Shown here: positions 11,581-24,666 of the stretch, piece by piece
Position numbering within the stretch: the stretch's first letter is position 1
Layout: every line of letters starts with the position of its first letter
Source: Tricharina praecox
Lineage: Eukaryota
NCBI RefSeq assembly: GCF_024521635.1
Contig: NW_026250405.1
Location: 1,054,001 to 1,118,000 of the forward strand
Direction: 5' to 3'
Length of the DNA: 64,000 bases
Program-made: the position numbers and the translations under genes
The notes under the pieces: generated by a model
What the model was told of the DNA's origin: nothing
What the model saw: only the letters and a program-made list of their open reading frames with translations
Database searches by the model: none

Positions 11581-12243
11581 TAGCGCTGGATAGCCGTAAC
11601 TGATGCATGTTCTTCCTGTGTATTAGGAGGGGAGGGGGCGCAAAAGGGGCAGGCTAAGCCATGGAAAAGCGTGAATGAGCACTACCTACCACCTTCCGGA
11701 TCGCCGCGTATGAACGAATGACACACCCTGCAAGAAACATCAAGTCAAGTCAAGACATGAGAATTTCTAATCAACAGTAAAGAAATAGAAAACTAGAAAC
11801 AAAACACTTCTGTGCAGGTACCTGCGCCATCTCCATCTACCGTAAAACACCATGAAACTCACCTGTACCCCCTCCCCTTCCCGAACCCCCCTACCCACCG
11901 GCTGTAACAGTCGACCCGCAAGCAAAGCAAAGCAAAGCAAGAAAAAAAGAAGAAAAAACAAACTATCACCATTTTCATCGTCATCTCAAACAGGTAAACA
12001 CCTCCAGGCTCCAGATCAATATCGATCGAAGCCGGGCCAGCAAGGGGGACCCGGGAGAAAGAAAAAGAAAAAAACAAGCAAAAAAAGAAGATATTCCCAT
12101 GTTCGAGCAAAATAGGAGATTCCCTTGTTCGAGCAAAACAGAAGAGATTCCCATGTTCCAGAAAAACAAATCGATCAGATCACACAAGTACCCAGGGTAC
12201 CCGGGCTTCGTTGGACAAAGCCCCATGAGTACCACATCAGGTA

Positions 12244-14585
12244 TTAGTGTGCGTCCCTCATCCTCTTGACCGCCTCCATGCGCTCCGACCGGTTGCCTTT
12301 GTCACCCGCGCGACTCTGACGAGCATCACGGGGAGTGGCTGGTCGAGCATGGTCGGCGGGCTTCTGCTTCTGCTGTGGCTGGTGCGTATAGTGCGGTGCG
12401 ATGTCCTCGATGACCGGCATGAACAGCTCGAAGAACCACTGCCTCAGGTCCTGCTGCGAGCGCATGCTCACGAGGCCGCTGGCTTCGCGGTTACTCTCGA
12501 TAATCGCGCCGATGTAGGCTCGGAAGAAACGGGGAGCCTGGATCGACACTTGCAGCGGATAATAGGCTGCCAGGAGGGAGAGTGTGCGGTCCGACACCAG
12601 TGCGCTGGCGAGGCCCTGCACAAGAGTTAGCAATTGATGCATCGGCCGCTGGGAGCCCATACCCTCAAATCACAACGCTGGCCAGGTTGGCCGAGGCCGA
12701 GGGTTTGAATCAGCTCCATAGCATGAAGCCTGAGCTGATTCTCTCCGGCCCACTCAAGTAATAGATGGCCTGGACTGTGATCATTCGGTTCAGCAGGGTC
12801 CGAGGCGCCAACGGGGCTGTACGTGACTAAAGGCTTCAGAGCAAGCCTGATGTCGGGCATTACGGGGGGATACAGCGGCCTCTGCTGGGACTGGGAGCCA
12901 AACTGGAACTGGGAGTCCTGCTGACATTGAAGCATGCCGGAGGGCTCGAGCTGCATTCCCGAGAACTGCGGGAACTGCCGAACAGTTTGGAATGGAAACT
13001 GTCCGCTGAAACCGGTGGCTATTGGTTGCCGTTGATCGAAAGCCATGGGGGGAGGCGATTTGATGGCGAGCGAATTGAAGCCAGGTGGCACCCAGTCACG
13101 ACCAGGGAGGGCACCGAAGTGACTCTCTACTTCACGACTAGGAGGGGCGCCCAAGAGACCCTCTCCCTCACGGCCCATGCGAAGGTGGTCGCTCCAGGAC
13201 GGTCTTGGGGGCTTGGAGGTGGACCTAGCTCTAATAGGCCTCGTCAGTTCTCTTCCCCTCGGAGCCTCCTTATTCAGTCCCTTGAGGTTTCCCTCGGTAG
13301 CTTCCTTGGCCCGGGCTGGACGATAGCGATCTATCTCGGGTCTGTAGCGGTCGATATTTGGCGGGCCGTCCTCACGCCTCTTCAACGTCCTGCCGCGGTT
13401 TTCATTGTATCTGGAACGGCTGGGGGAATTATCATGTTTATGTAGATAAATTTGATGGCGACGATGCTGCTTTTCCTTCCTCGACTCGATCTCACCATCC
13501 TCAAGCCCGCTGGTAGAACGCCTCGCACGCTTCGAGGGGGGCATAGGGCTGGAGTCCATCGTCGTTTTATTCTTGTCATGGGGCTCACGGGAGGCACTAT
13601 TCTTCTCGCTGCGCGTCTTCTCCTTCTGACTCAGCGACAGAAAGTTACTATCAGGCTTCGTGTGAGCCACCGTGACATCAAACTTCTCGCCAGTCAAGCG
13701 GTTGTATTCGAGCGGGATGCAGTTCGTCTGCGTCTGCTGCCGCTGCTTCTTCGGCTGCTCCAATTCTGGTGAGGGAGAGGGTGAGGGTGTTTTCGGAAGT
13801 GCGAGCTTGGTCATCCGCTCCTGGTTGAAGGGTATGAAGTTGTCCGTCTCTGCAGGAAGGCCAACGCCACGCAGGGCCGATAGGAACTCAGAAGTGCCAC
13901 TCATGATAGTATTTGGAGTTAAAGCAGCGGGCTCCCACATCCTGCCGGTGGGGACGGAGACGAGAGGAGCGGAGTACTTGGGGAAAACGGGGAAATTGCC
14001 ATGTGTGTCCTGATACTCCACTCCCTCCTTCTTGATCTTGGTGGCGAGGTACTCACCTAGCTGCCATTTCCTCTTCGCCCCCGACCTCCTAGGAGGAGCG
14101 GCAGGCTCAATCCCACTCATATCAGTATCACCCACGCCCTCCTCGAGCTTGATGGCCGGCTCCAGCGAAGAGGGAGCCGGAGGTGCAGGTGCAGCGGTGC
14201 CGACACCAAGTCCCGACGGGAAGGACTGAGTGCCCACAGCCTGCCTAGAGGCCCTTCCAGGAAGCTCGTTGGCACTGCCGCAGAGTACCGGATAGCCACT
14301 CGTACATGCTGGAGCCGTAGTAGACGGTGTGCCAAGGCCAAAGGAAGCGGTAGAAGTGTTGAACATATCGTGAGCGCGGGGTCTCGTGCGAGCTGGCGCA
14401 GGCGTGAAGCCCCAGCCATGGGACAGGAGTTGCAGCTGTGGGCTGTCCTGCATTGTAGCATCCAGTCTACCTCTAGATGGAGCTTTCGCGGGCGTCTGGA
14501 ATGCGGGGGTGGAAGGGTTCAGAGAAGGATCGGGTAGGCAGGTCAAGGCTGGATCGATGTCCTCCGTTTGCATGGCCTCGTCCAT
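12244..14585 (-). CDS. Hypothetical protein, about 764 aa, largely low complexity
   Basis: 652-aa ORF joined in phase 0 by a 47-nt intron (12662-12616, GTATGG..GCTAAC..CAG) to the 12244-12615 exon (GLASALVSDRT...). No recognisable domain. Confidence 0.75.
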
Positions 14586-14860
14586 CTTGAGTCGTGGGAT
14601 GGGGTGCGACCGGAGAGACTATGAGAATAGACTGTGAGGAGAGGCTGTGATTGCTTTCGGATTGAAGACGTCCTCACAAGGGGAGGTCGAGAGGTGGGGG
14701 GGTGGGGGTGTGAGGTGAAGAGAGGAGAGGGAGAGGATGGTATTGTGCGATGTGAGTTGGTGACTAGTGCGAGAGAGCAATCATTGAACGCTTACCGCCC
14801 CACAGTCACTCGGGTATGCATCTCGCTCAGATAGATCAAACAAACACAACGAAATCGATA

Positions 14861-15010
14861 TTGTTTGGTAGGCAGCGGCGCCACATCGTGCTGGCAGGCA
14901 GCGGAGTCCCAACTCCCCGAAGGGCCAGAGTGGGCGGGAAAGGAGTGCGACAGTTCGCCATAGTCTACATATTGTGCTGCGAGATAAACGGAAGATCTCT
15001 CTCTTTCTCT
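14861..15010. repeat. Left arm of a diverged ~150-bp inverted repeat (partner at 16470-16618)
   Basis: Its reverse complement matches 16470-16618: TAGACTATGGCGAAC, GCACTCCTTTCC.GCCCACTCTGGCC, GCCAGCACGATGTGGCGCCGCT.CCT.CCAAACAA. Confidence 0.9.
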
Positions 15011-15234
15011 CACAACCAAATCAATGTTTTTGCGTCTTGCATTCAATCCAGACGAGTGATAGTTTGTGAATGCTCTTTTCTCACGTCTAGATTAGCATCA
15101 CGTGTGCATCTTGCGGTTGTCATGACATCACACCCAGCACCTTTATCGAATTTCCATGTAAAATACACAGAGTATCTGTTGTCTGCCACAACCATGAAAG
15201 GAGCAAACTGTATGTATGATAGATAGGGGATCAC

Positions 15235-15385
15235 ATAAGATAGAAAGAGGGGCTAGCCGGATGGATGGATCCAAACGTTGTAAGCAGCGGAGGAGAGCCA
15301 TATGAGATGGCTCTTCGAAGTTGCATAGAACATCACCTTCTCTATCATCCATCATTTTCGCCGTCTCCCTTCCAGGGCTACGTCA
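15235..15385. repeat. Dispersed repeat (second copy at about 24313-24505)
   Basis: Shared ATAAGATAG..GAGGGGCTAG, GGCTAGCCGGAT, AACGTTGTA, GGAGGAGAGC, TGAGATGGCTCTTCGAAG, TCATTTTC.CCGT.TCCCTT, CTACGTCA. Confidence 0.85.
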
Positions 15386-16412
15386 GTATTGTCCCCAGTA
15401 GTGATCCGTACAGAAAACTACCGACACATCTTAGCAGAAACACGCTTCAGTCATTCCAATCTTATCAGACACCTTAGGTACCCGTCGGGATAGGCATGGC
15501 CGGAACCTCCGATGGCAGGCCTTGCCCACCACCTCCGTGATACCCGCTACCTTTCGCCGGAAGAAACGAGCATGAGCGAATCCGATGACGGGCCGTTTCC
15601 ACGCCCCTCTTTCTGTTTCTCTACCATGGGGAGGTCCTCCGTATATGTGACTCGTCCATCTTGAGTCGTAGGGTAGAGAATGATCGGAATTCTATGGATC
15701 TGTGGGTTCGACGTTTTCCCTGTAAGGGAGGCGGAGGAAGAATAGAGCGTGAGAATGGCGGTGTGTGGCATGGTCTGGAAGAGCAGAGAAGGATAGGAAG
15801 ACGCCGCGCGACGCGGACCGGCGCCCGACGCCTCGTCACCGCTCGAGAGCTGCGTTTGACACTCACCCGCAAATGCACCTGCCTGAGTGAGGATCACTCG
15901 ACTCGACTGGATCAAACAAACACGACTACTTTCCTTTGTTCGATCATCTTTGTATTCGACGTTATTGGATCATGGCAGTCATAGCGAGCAGGAGAGGGAG
16001 AAAGAAGGCAGAAGAAAAACGATGCTCGTGCTTTTGTCCACCACCCTGCCGCCTCCTAATCCACAAGTACAGTCAGGCGTTGTCTCGCTGCTGCCATTGG
16101 TTCTTCCCCGCCTTGGTTATCCAACCTCAAGTCGGGGAGGAGTCCATCGCGGACGCGTGGCGGAAGTAGGGTGGTAGAAGAGTGTACTTCTCCTCTCGCC
16201 TCCGCGACGCGCGGGCTCGTGACCGCTCTGGTGTCGTCGCAGCTCCCGAAGGCCGGGAGTCCCGATCCCTCTCTCGTGGTGTTGCACCGCTCGCCACGCC
16301 ACACCACACCTCGCCGTCTCTTCCCTCGCCTCCAGTATTTATAGTTCCTCAGTCGGGCATACCGTGTCTCGAGCGACTGCGGCGGCGGCCGAGGTTTGGC
16401 AACAAACGTTAC

Positions 16413-16415
<3 letters not shown>

Positions 16416-16478
<63 letters not shown>
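16416..16478. repeat. (GA)n microsatellite
   Basis: About 31 perfect GA units. Confidence 0.95.
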
Positions 16479-16483
<5 letters not shown>

Positions 16484-16618
16484 TTTTCAGTTTATTTCGC
16501 CTGCAGCCTATCTAGACTATGGCGAACCGTTGCACTCCTTTCCTGCCCACTCTGGCCGGCCGGGGATTGGGACCCCGTTACCAGCCAGCACGATGTGGCG
16601 CCGCTACCTGCCAAACAA
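16470..16618. repeat. Right arm of the inverted repeat (partner at 14861-15010)
   Basis: See the left arm. The ORF track also shows the same spurious peptide (DYGE..HSFPAHSG; QHDVAPLP.KQ) on opposite strands. Confidence 0.9.
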
Positions 16619-16882
16619 ACAAATAACAAAAGTAATCGCACCAAGAAAATATCACCGCATATCCTCATCTCCTACTTCCTCGCACCGGCCGCAGACACAG
16701 TAGGTATCCTGCTGGGCACTCTTGATCTGCTCCCGATGCGATGCTTGCCTCGTCCTCATCCTCCTCTTCCGACGTGACTACGGATATTTCTGTGTCTTGC
16801 CACTCAAAGTCGACCGAGTGATGGTTGTGAAGGTACAAAACATGAGCAAAGGTCTAGGTGTCTCTTTTGCAAAAGGCGTATC

Positions 16883-17008
16883 ATGCATCGCATTGATAAA
16901 TTCACCGTGCTACGGAAGATCAGCGATCGCCAACTAGATAACCTCAAGCTCTTCAAGCCCGGCCCGTGGTTGAGTGACCGCGTCATCACATCAACTGATG
17001 CATCGTGA
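16883..17008 (+). pseudogene. Possible Ulp1/peptidase C48 relic, probably transposon-derived
   Basis: A short frame reads ...QLDNLKLFKPGPWLSDRVITS, resembling the C48 motif L..L.PG.WLND.VI. No catalytic His/Cys region is visible. Confidence 0.3.
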
Positions 17009-17604
17009 TACACAATTTACACGTTCCCCAGACGAAGGGATATCCAGATAACACTTTCTCCACGCGATGAATTTCTTCACGTGCAAACCCCGCCTGAACC
17101 GAGTCCTGAGATATGTGTAAAAAATTACATACTATGTATTGAAATGCATCTACTATAACCAAGGCCCGGGAATTATCCGCAGACATATTCGAAAACTATA
17201 CGCACCGCGAAGAAAACCCAAAACCAAAACCAAAAAAGAAAAAGAAAAGAAAAGGAAAAACACAGTGCATGCAAGTGAGCCACACATACATAACTCCGGA
17301 ATAAAAGAAATTATGATACCGTCCAGGCAGAACGGGAGAAAATATCTAGATCGCTGCAAACTGACTTTTGAAACCAGATGAATAAGAAAAAGAAAAATGA
17401 TACATAAAATCGAAAAAGAGGTTGCAGAATGCACGGTGGGAATGAAGTAAAAAGAGAGAGACGAAATATGTAGAAGATTCCTTATTCGGGGGACACAACA
17501 AAGACAAGGAAGAGAAAAAATTAGCAGTTTCACCGAGACAACCTATGTACCGACTAATTATTCAAGCAAATTCAAACTTTCTTCTCCGAAAACCCGTATT
17601 CCGT

Positions 17605-19504
17605 CTAACAGGCTTCAACCACAAGCGCCTCAGGAACGAGTCTTTCGTCGATGGTAGCCATCGCCAGAGTAGTGTCCGCCTCCTCCACTTCCTTCTCCTC
17701 GTGCAGCTTGGCTGAGACCATCAGCTCCTCCATGTGCTGAATCAGACCGTACCAGAGATATCCGGGGCTGACGATCTCGACATCAAACTCACGGACCATG
17801 TTGGAGATGAACTTGATGAAAGCCGTGGTGCTCAGGTGACGGCCAATGCACACCCTCGATCCAGCTCCCCAGGTTATCCATCCAGCCTCGAGGTAGTTCC
17901 TCATGGTTCTAGGCAGTCCTGTTCCATCCTTCGCGATCTCGGTGGGGTGGTTGCCCAACCAGCGCTCGGGCTTGTACTCCTCCGCATCTTCGCCGAAGTA
18001 TTCCTTGTTGATGTTTGTAGGCCAGCCGGACATCGAGACGACGTAGCCAGAAGGAATGAAGAAGTCGTTCAGCCGGCAGCCGATCTGCGGCACCTGGCGG
18101 CCGAGTGAGAGACCGAAGGTGGGGCTCAGACGCAAAGCTTCCAAGATGGCTGCCTCCAGGTAGGGGACGCGACACTCTCCAAGCTGGTGCGTGGCATCCT
18201 CAAGCTTGACCGGGACGGAAATGGTGGCAAGCTCCTCGCGGATCTTGGCAAGGACTTCCGGATGCGAATAGATGAGTTTGACAACGGCGGGCAGCGCGCT
18301 GGATGCAACCATGGAACCGGCGCTGCAGGCAAGATTAGCTTTTTTCTTTTTCATGTAAGGGAGCGATACGATGCAAGGGTGCGTGGGGTGTGAGGCATAC
18401 TATATGAAAAACACATTATTGGTGATTCCCTCCGTCCAGTTTCCCTGAGGAAACAACTTCCGGATCTTCTTCTCGCCGGCACGGAACTTGGACATTAGAT
18501 TATCTGGAAGATGATCGGCAATCTCGTTGATGCGCTCCTACGTTCAATGTCAGTTTTTCGTATGACCCCTATCCGAACAACTCTGTGGACACTAACGTTC
18601 TTGTGGGACTCTCCCTTGCTGTACCCCAGACTCCAACGGAACAGATGCTCGAGCTGGCTGTTCAGAACACACTTCCTGATGTAACGGGTGGTGATGTCAA
18701 GGGCGAACGGGATGGGAACCAACGATCCGACCACGTTGAAGATCACACGAAGGGCACCGATCGCACCGTCTTGGTCCGAGCCCGCGGCGCACAGTCCGTT
18801 CGAGTAGCCACTCATCAGGAGTGTGGCCAGATCGAACATGAAGAAGTGAGTCCAGTGGTTCAAGCAGGCAACTTTTCCTTCGGCGACCACGTGCTGCTTG
18901 AAACCTTGGGTGAACGCATCGACAGCCTGGTACACACGAAATCGAGTAAGCAACGCATCACCACCACGGCTACTGGGGATTCCGTGCAACATACCTCATC
19001 AAAGTGATGCTCGAGCTTGGAGAGTCCCTTCTCCGAGTACGGGTGCGAAAGCGCATACTTGCCCAACCTAGCCCTGGCCGGGTCCGTCTCGAAGACAAAG
19101 TTGAAGTCCTCATTGAACAGTCCGGTCTGGAACGACTTGGCTTTGAGGAAGAAGCTCTCTTCCTTGCGCTCGTCGGCAAAGCTGTAGAGCGTGCCACGCA
19201 GCATCGGATCCGAGATGGAGACCTCGTCCGGTGAGATCCATACAATCGTGCCGTACTGCTTATGGAGCTCGATCAGCTTCGCGTGCCAGTTGCGGCGGAC
19301 GTTGGCGTAATATGCGCGGTACCAGCAGGTGAATCCGGCAAGGAAGGGACCTGGGACACCCTGCCGTCTCATCGGAGAGTTGACATAGCGGATGACTCGG
19401 CGGCCAAGCTGGTAGGCGAAGAAGCCGGCAATGAGAAGCGCCAGGTTGCGCTTGAGTGCCGTGAAAACAGCGGCGAAGAGCTGGAGGACAATTTCATGAA
19501 TCAT
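17605..19504 (-). CDS. Cytochrome P450, 564 aa, with atypical I-helix
   Basis: Exons 19504-18995, 18926-18597, 18537-18401 and 18322-17605, with canonical introns, total 1695 nt. N-terminal TM anchor, VPGPFLA hinge, EALR (ExxR), PERW, heme motif WGAGSRVCIG. The I-helix reads FIYAGSMVASS. An acceptor immediately before the ATG suggests a 5'UTR intron (donor GTATGT at about 19870). Confidence 0.93.
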
Positions 19505-22500
19505 CTGCAGGACAGGGAGGTTATGTCAGTGCGTGCTGCAATGTTGGATAAACGTGGATCAACTTGCCTTGGCGAAGTGTTTATGAGGCGAATCGAATTG
19601 AGCGAATCGTCAACGAACCAAAGGGAGATAAAGGGGAGTTGCGTCGGGAGGGGGTTACGCGGGAAGGATTGGGCGGGGATGATTCTGTCTTTCTTTCGAT
19701 GCCCGAGAAAAGAAGTTGGTTGTGACTGGCGTTGTCGGTCAGCAACGGATCCGACGACGGCGAGCGGGAACTCGTGATTCACGACAAGTTTACCCTACCC
19801 GCAAAACATTCCTCGGAATGCTTCTCGGGCAATGGGTAAAGATGAAGTTGAAAATAAGTCAGGTACATACCTTCACTTCACGAGGTATCGTGAATGACCG
19901 GTGCAGAATTCAAACCCGGTGCAAAGTGGATGAAAAAAGAGGTAGAGTGGTGAAAGTGGAAGAGAAAAGGAGGAGTTGAGGTGTATTATAGGTGCTGAGC
20001 CTGGAGGAAACAGCGAAGACTTGGGAGAGTGAATTAGGAGTGGGGCAGTGAATGGGGGTGGGGTGAGAAAGCAGATGGATGACGGAGGAGTGAGTGGAGT
20101 GAATTGAGGGGAGGGAGAGGAGGGGAGGGGAGCGGAGGACGAGGGAGATGGGAAGTCAACAAGTACAAGTACTCGGTGTTGGTTTTGTCTGTCTATGCGG
20201 TGATCGCGGGTGGAGCTTGTGTTTGTTGTACACCATGTCCGTGTGTGCTATATGTATTGACTGTATGTATTGTACATGCGATGAGGTACCCAGATGATGG
20301 CACGCTTCCATCTGTGATCCCCCAACACGGCGGCGGCGAGCACCGCTGGAGGCTCTCTCGCTCTCTCGTATCTGCTGCCCGCAACTCTGTTTACGGCACG
20401 GACATTTTCGCAGGGAAGCAGGTACATAGCGAACCTACCATCTTCTACCATAAACCCTTCACTGTTGCATGCACTCCACTTTGCTATATAACACCAACAA
20501 GCACCCCCCCACAACAACCCTTCACCATCCCTTCCCTGGCCCTTTGCTTTTTTCCCCACAGACCTCAGGCGAATCGAGAATCCTCTGCATGTGCAGATAT
20601 TGGACTGCTCCAACGACATCAGCGAGTTCTCCTTATTCCGTACCATTCCGTAATCCCGGGTCCGCCCCGGCTGGCTGCATCGCAGCAGACACCACCCACC
20701 CAACAATCCGAGAGCATCCTCCCTTCGTCCTCGCTGGTCATCGGCGACTTCCCTCCCTTCCTTCGTTCCCATCCCGGGGGACGATCATCCTTCCCTCTTT
20801 CCTTCCTTCCGTTCTCTTGTCGGAGTATATTAGTATTTTAGAGGTCGCGGAGAGAAAAGATAAAGATAAATAAGATCCTAGCTTAATAAGATCCCAGCTT
20901 ATACCGTCGCTAGCTCGTGATGGCTGAAACAGATCGTGGACAAGGATGGGGACGCGGGCTGGGGACGGGGGACGGGGGCGGGATAGCGGCGGTTATAGGG
21001 GGGTGTGGTGCGGTGTAGGGGGATAGAACAAGCGCAATATTCGAGCAGGCCTGGGCTGGTCACGACGGGGATGCAGTCTCGTCAAAGTGATTCTCCTTAA
21101 GGGTGCGGTAACTACTTGTTGCCTATGTTTGTCAGACTCGAGAGCTCTCAGCCGCAGGAGGGCCGGGAAGTGCAGTTTCTCGGCTTCACTTTGCCACCTT
21201 GGCATCATGAATCGATATCAAGGAGTCGACCGCACTTCGCTCGACTGAGCAAGTAGTCACTCTACCTGCACCATCCGAGCCGCCGCAACGCTTCTCTTCG
21301 TCTACCTCTTTCCTGCTCCTCCTCCTGCTCCTCCTCCTCCTCCTGCCTCCTGCCTCCTTCAAGCTCTTGTCTGCTTGTCTGCCTGCCTTCCTGCCGCAGT
21401 GCCGCGGTGCCTGCTGCAGAGCCTGCCTACCCGCCCGCCTGCCTGTCTGCCCGACACCTAGCTGCCATCAACCGCGCCGACTCCATCCATAACTACTCCT
21501 ACGAGAAAGAACCGAACCTGTGGGTGCGCGTAAACGCAGCTCCCCCTTAGAAAGGGAGGCCATGTGCTCATGCTGATGCTGTGTCCAGAAATTCAGCTCT
21601 ATATATTTCTGCGGCTGCAGTCAGGCCGGCAGGCATGCAGGCGGCAGATCGGCTAGACTTCGAATCATCTCGACTGGACTGGGCTCCACATATTCACCGT
21701 AGTGCCCTGCCCTGCCCTGCCCTGCCTTGCACGTACTGCACTGCAGGGCAGGGAGAGGGAAAGTCGGAGCGGGGGACAACTGTTGCCGCGTGGTCGACGA
21801 CCGGCCAATGCTACAATCCGTGGGTTGTGCGTATGTGGGATGGAGGCAAGGCGGTATGACAGTGCATTGTCAGGGCAGAAGTTGTGGGCCGGGAAGGAGT
21901 GAGGAGATGGTCGTACTGGTATCACGCATGACCATCAGATAGTGGTTCATTGGGGTGGGTGAAGGGAGGGGGAGGGTGGGTGGGGAGCGAGCGGTTTGGT
22001 TCGGTTCGTGTCCAAATCACTCCCTCACCTCCGTACATACAAACGGCGTCACTGATTTCACCACTTTGCCGCGTGACAGCCCCTCGGGAAGGATAAAAAG
22101 GTGAAGGGAAAGATAAACTTTTGCGCACAAATAAATCCTTCTGCATTATGTGTATCTAAACTTCAATTTATCCCAGACTCCTGGAACTCCTACCTACCCG
22201 TGTAACTAAGTACGTAGGATGTAGGTACCGTCTCTTCTCCTTGCCAGAAAGAAAAAAAGCTCCATATTCCGCAATCCCCGGCTGGCGGGAGAGAAAATAC
22301 GGATGACATGGCATGGTGAGAACATGGCGAAAGCATGGCAAGCCACGAGGTGGATGGATTCCAGCATACGCAATGTACTGCATGGTACAGTATAGTACCT
22401 AGGAAGCCAAGTTCTGCACAGCGCCCCGCAGTCAGCCGCCTTCAAAATCGCAGTCAACTGGAAGGATAGTTGCACGCGCAGTGGTGAGGAGTACTCTACA

Positions 22501-24312
22501 TATGATGGCAGCAGCAGCAGCAGTTCGTTCGGGTTCGTTCGGTTGCCTTATCACGATGCAGCAGGGTGCAGTGTCTGTCGAGAAACTGACTGCAGGAAGG
22601 TGATTGGATCGGAAGGAAGGCCGGACACCAAGGGCAGCAATGCAGCTTGGAGAACGATCATCGACGAGAGGATTTAGGAACTCAACGCACGGCGCAACGC
22701 AGCGCGACGTTCAACAGCGCCCCGTGGGGTATGTACCCCACCCTTCAAAACTCTAAACATAGTGTCCCTGGTGTTGGTGGTAGTGGTTGTCGTTGTGGTG
22801 GTGGTGGGTGTAGGAGTAGTGGTGTACCAGTGAGGGTGTGGTGGTAACCATGGCGGTGTGGTGGTGGTGGTGTGTTACTGGTGGTTGACGGTGACTATAG
22901 TAGTGCTGGTGATCGATCGGGATCAGGTCTGTCTCGGGAGAAGGAGTAAAGGTGATCATCTCCCAGACAGATAAAGCAACTGCCACGTTTCTCTGTTTCT
23001 GGAAGCCTTCCATTGGTGTACCGACAGTCATAAAGTGAAGTCGAACATTGCCGGCCCAGTGTCACTCCGGATCAGATGCATCGGCAAAGGCCTAGTTTGG
23101 AGGCGACCGTGAATCTGAATCATGACAACATCCATCCTCACCCAACCAAATCTCGAATCTTGTTTTTCCCTTGCATCCCTCGTTCTGGGCGGTTCGATTT
23201 TGGAATGCTACGGCTGATCCTGAGCGGATGGGGAGTTGATATCGTGGTACTGACTGAGGTGAAGCCTGACCTTGAAACCAACGGTGGTGAAGACCAATAA
23301 GATGAAATTCTAACTACTGTTAATGCTCCGGGAAGCTGCCGTATGCAATTCCAGAAGCTAGCCATCTTTTCGAATCGAGTGTTGACAGATTCGGCAGTTG
23401 GGAGGCAAAGGACCGAAGTGGGAGAGTAGAAGCTTTGCAGACCTCTTAAGATCATCGTGGTGTCGGTGTTGGTTTATTTCAGTTCCGTGCAGTAACACTG
23501 ATGTTCATGCGGGTCAATCTCCTTTTTTTTTCTTTCTTCCGCCGCAATCGTGTTAGCCAGAGACAGTCGACGAAGTTGCAGAATAGTGGTAACTTCCGAG
23601 AGCATCGATGCTGAATCCAGGCCTCAATCTCACCCGCGTCAACGTACGTGACGGTACTTATGTGGAGTAGTGGTACTATAGTCCGACCGCCGCGTCCTGG
23701 TCGTCTTCGCCGTCCATGCACATACCTTGTGATCACTCTCTCCCGCTTTCCCTAGCCCGTTCGTCCGACGGCATGCGCTTCAACATGATAGGCCAGTTTC
23801 CTCATATCGTTCGATGATTCTCCGTCGGCATTACCGACGGCGGGGGTGGTCGTGAGATCGTTCGATTATCTCCGCCATGGCAGCCACCCACATACGAAAG
23901 GGGGTTCGTGTCAAACAGCCGAAAGCGCAGTCAGGCAAAGTGTAGCGAAGGGCGGGAATCGAACGTGCCAAATGTTGGCTGCGTGAGAACACGGCAAAGA
24001 GACAGGGTCAGGAAGAGGAGGAGTTGCCTACCCTGCGGGCTATTCGCACTAAGCTGCCATTAGGAAGTTATTAAGATGCGGCTCTCCAAGGGCTGCACGG
24101 GCCATTCATAGGCCATCACTCAAGCTTCACCACTGGAGAGCTGGCGCAGGGAATCCGAATGGGTACTCCCAGCCGCCATGGTCTACCTAGTGAGGTCGCC
24201 TGCGACCATAGATTGGTGTTCTCTCTATAGGTCTTCCCAATTGTTAAACAAAAAACAAAAACCGAATGTGGACCTACTCTGAGAGGAGCATCCGAGGATA
24301 GATAGATAATCA

Positions 24313-24505
24313 GATAAGATAGGGCGAGGGGCTAGTCGAATCGGTGGATCCGGATGGTGGCGATAGCCGGGCTAGCCGGATCGGGTGGCTCCGAACGTTG
24401 TAGGAAGTAGTGGAGGAGAGCTGAGATGGCTCTTCGAAGCTGAATGAAACCTCAACTTCGCCATCATCTTTCATTTTCACCGTTTCCCTTTCAAGACTAC
24501 GTCAC
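24313..24505. repeat. Dispersed repeat (partner at 15235-15385)
   Basis: See the partner copy. This copy has an internal duplication of GGGCTAG..G.ATCGG.GG.TCCG. Confidence 0.85.
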
Positions 24506-24666
24506 CTACACATTCGAGTAGCCCTACACCCTCTCTATGCATAGAGAACTCACCCCGGACAGAAGCGTGAACGTGAGTTAAATAAGGAATAAAACTTTGA
24601 TGCATTATCGGTCCGTTGCTTTGATTGCGCGTTTCATTTCCCATTTCATTTTCATTTTCCCCAACA

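Noticed and set aside
12080..12165. Three ~29-bp repeats (GATTCCCATGTTCGAGCAAAA)
   Set aside because: Short local tandem repeat in a 3' flank, with no evidence of function.
22950..24300. Complex-sequence stretch that may be a decayed gene or TE
   Set aside because: No identifiable motif in any frame by eye.
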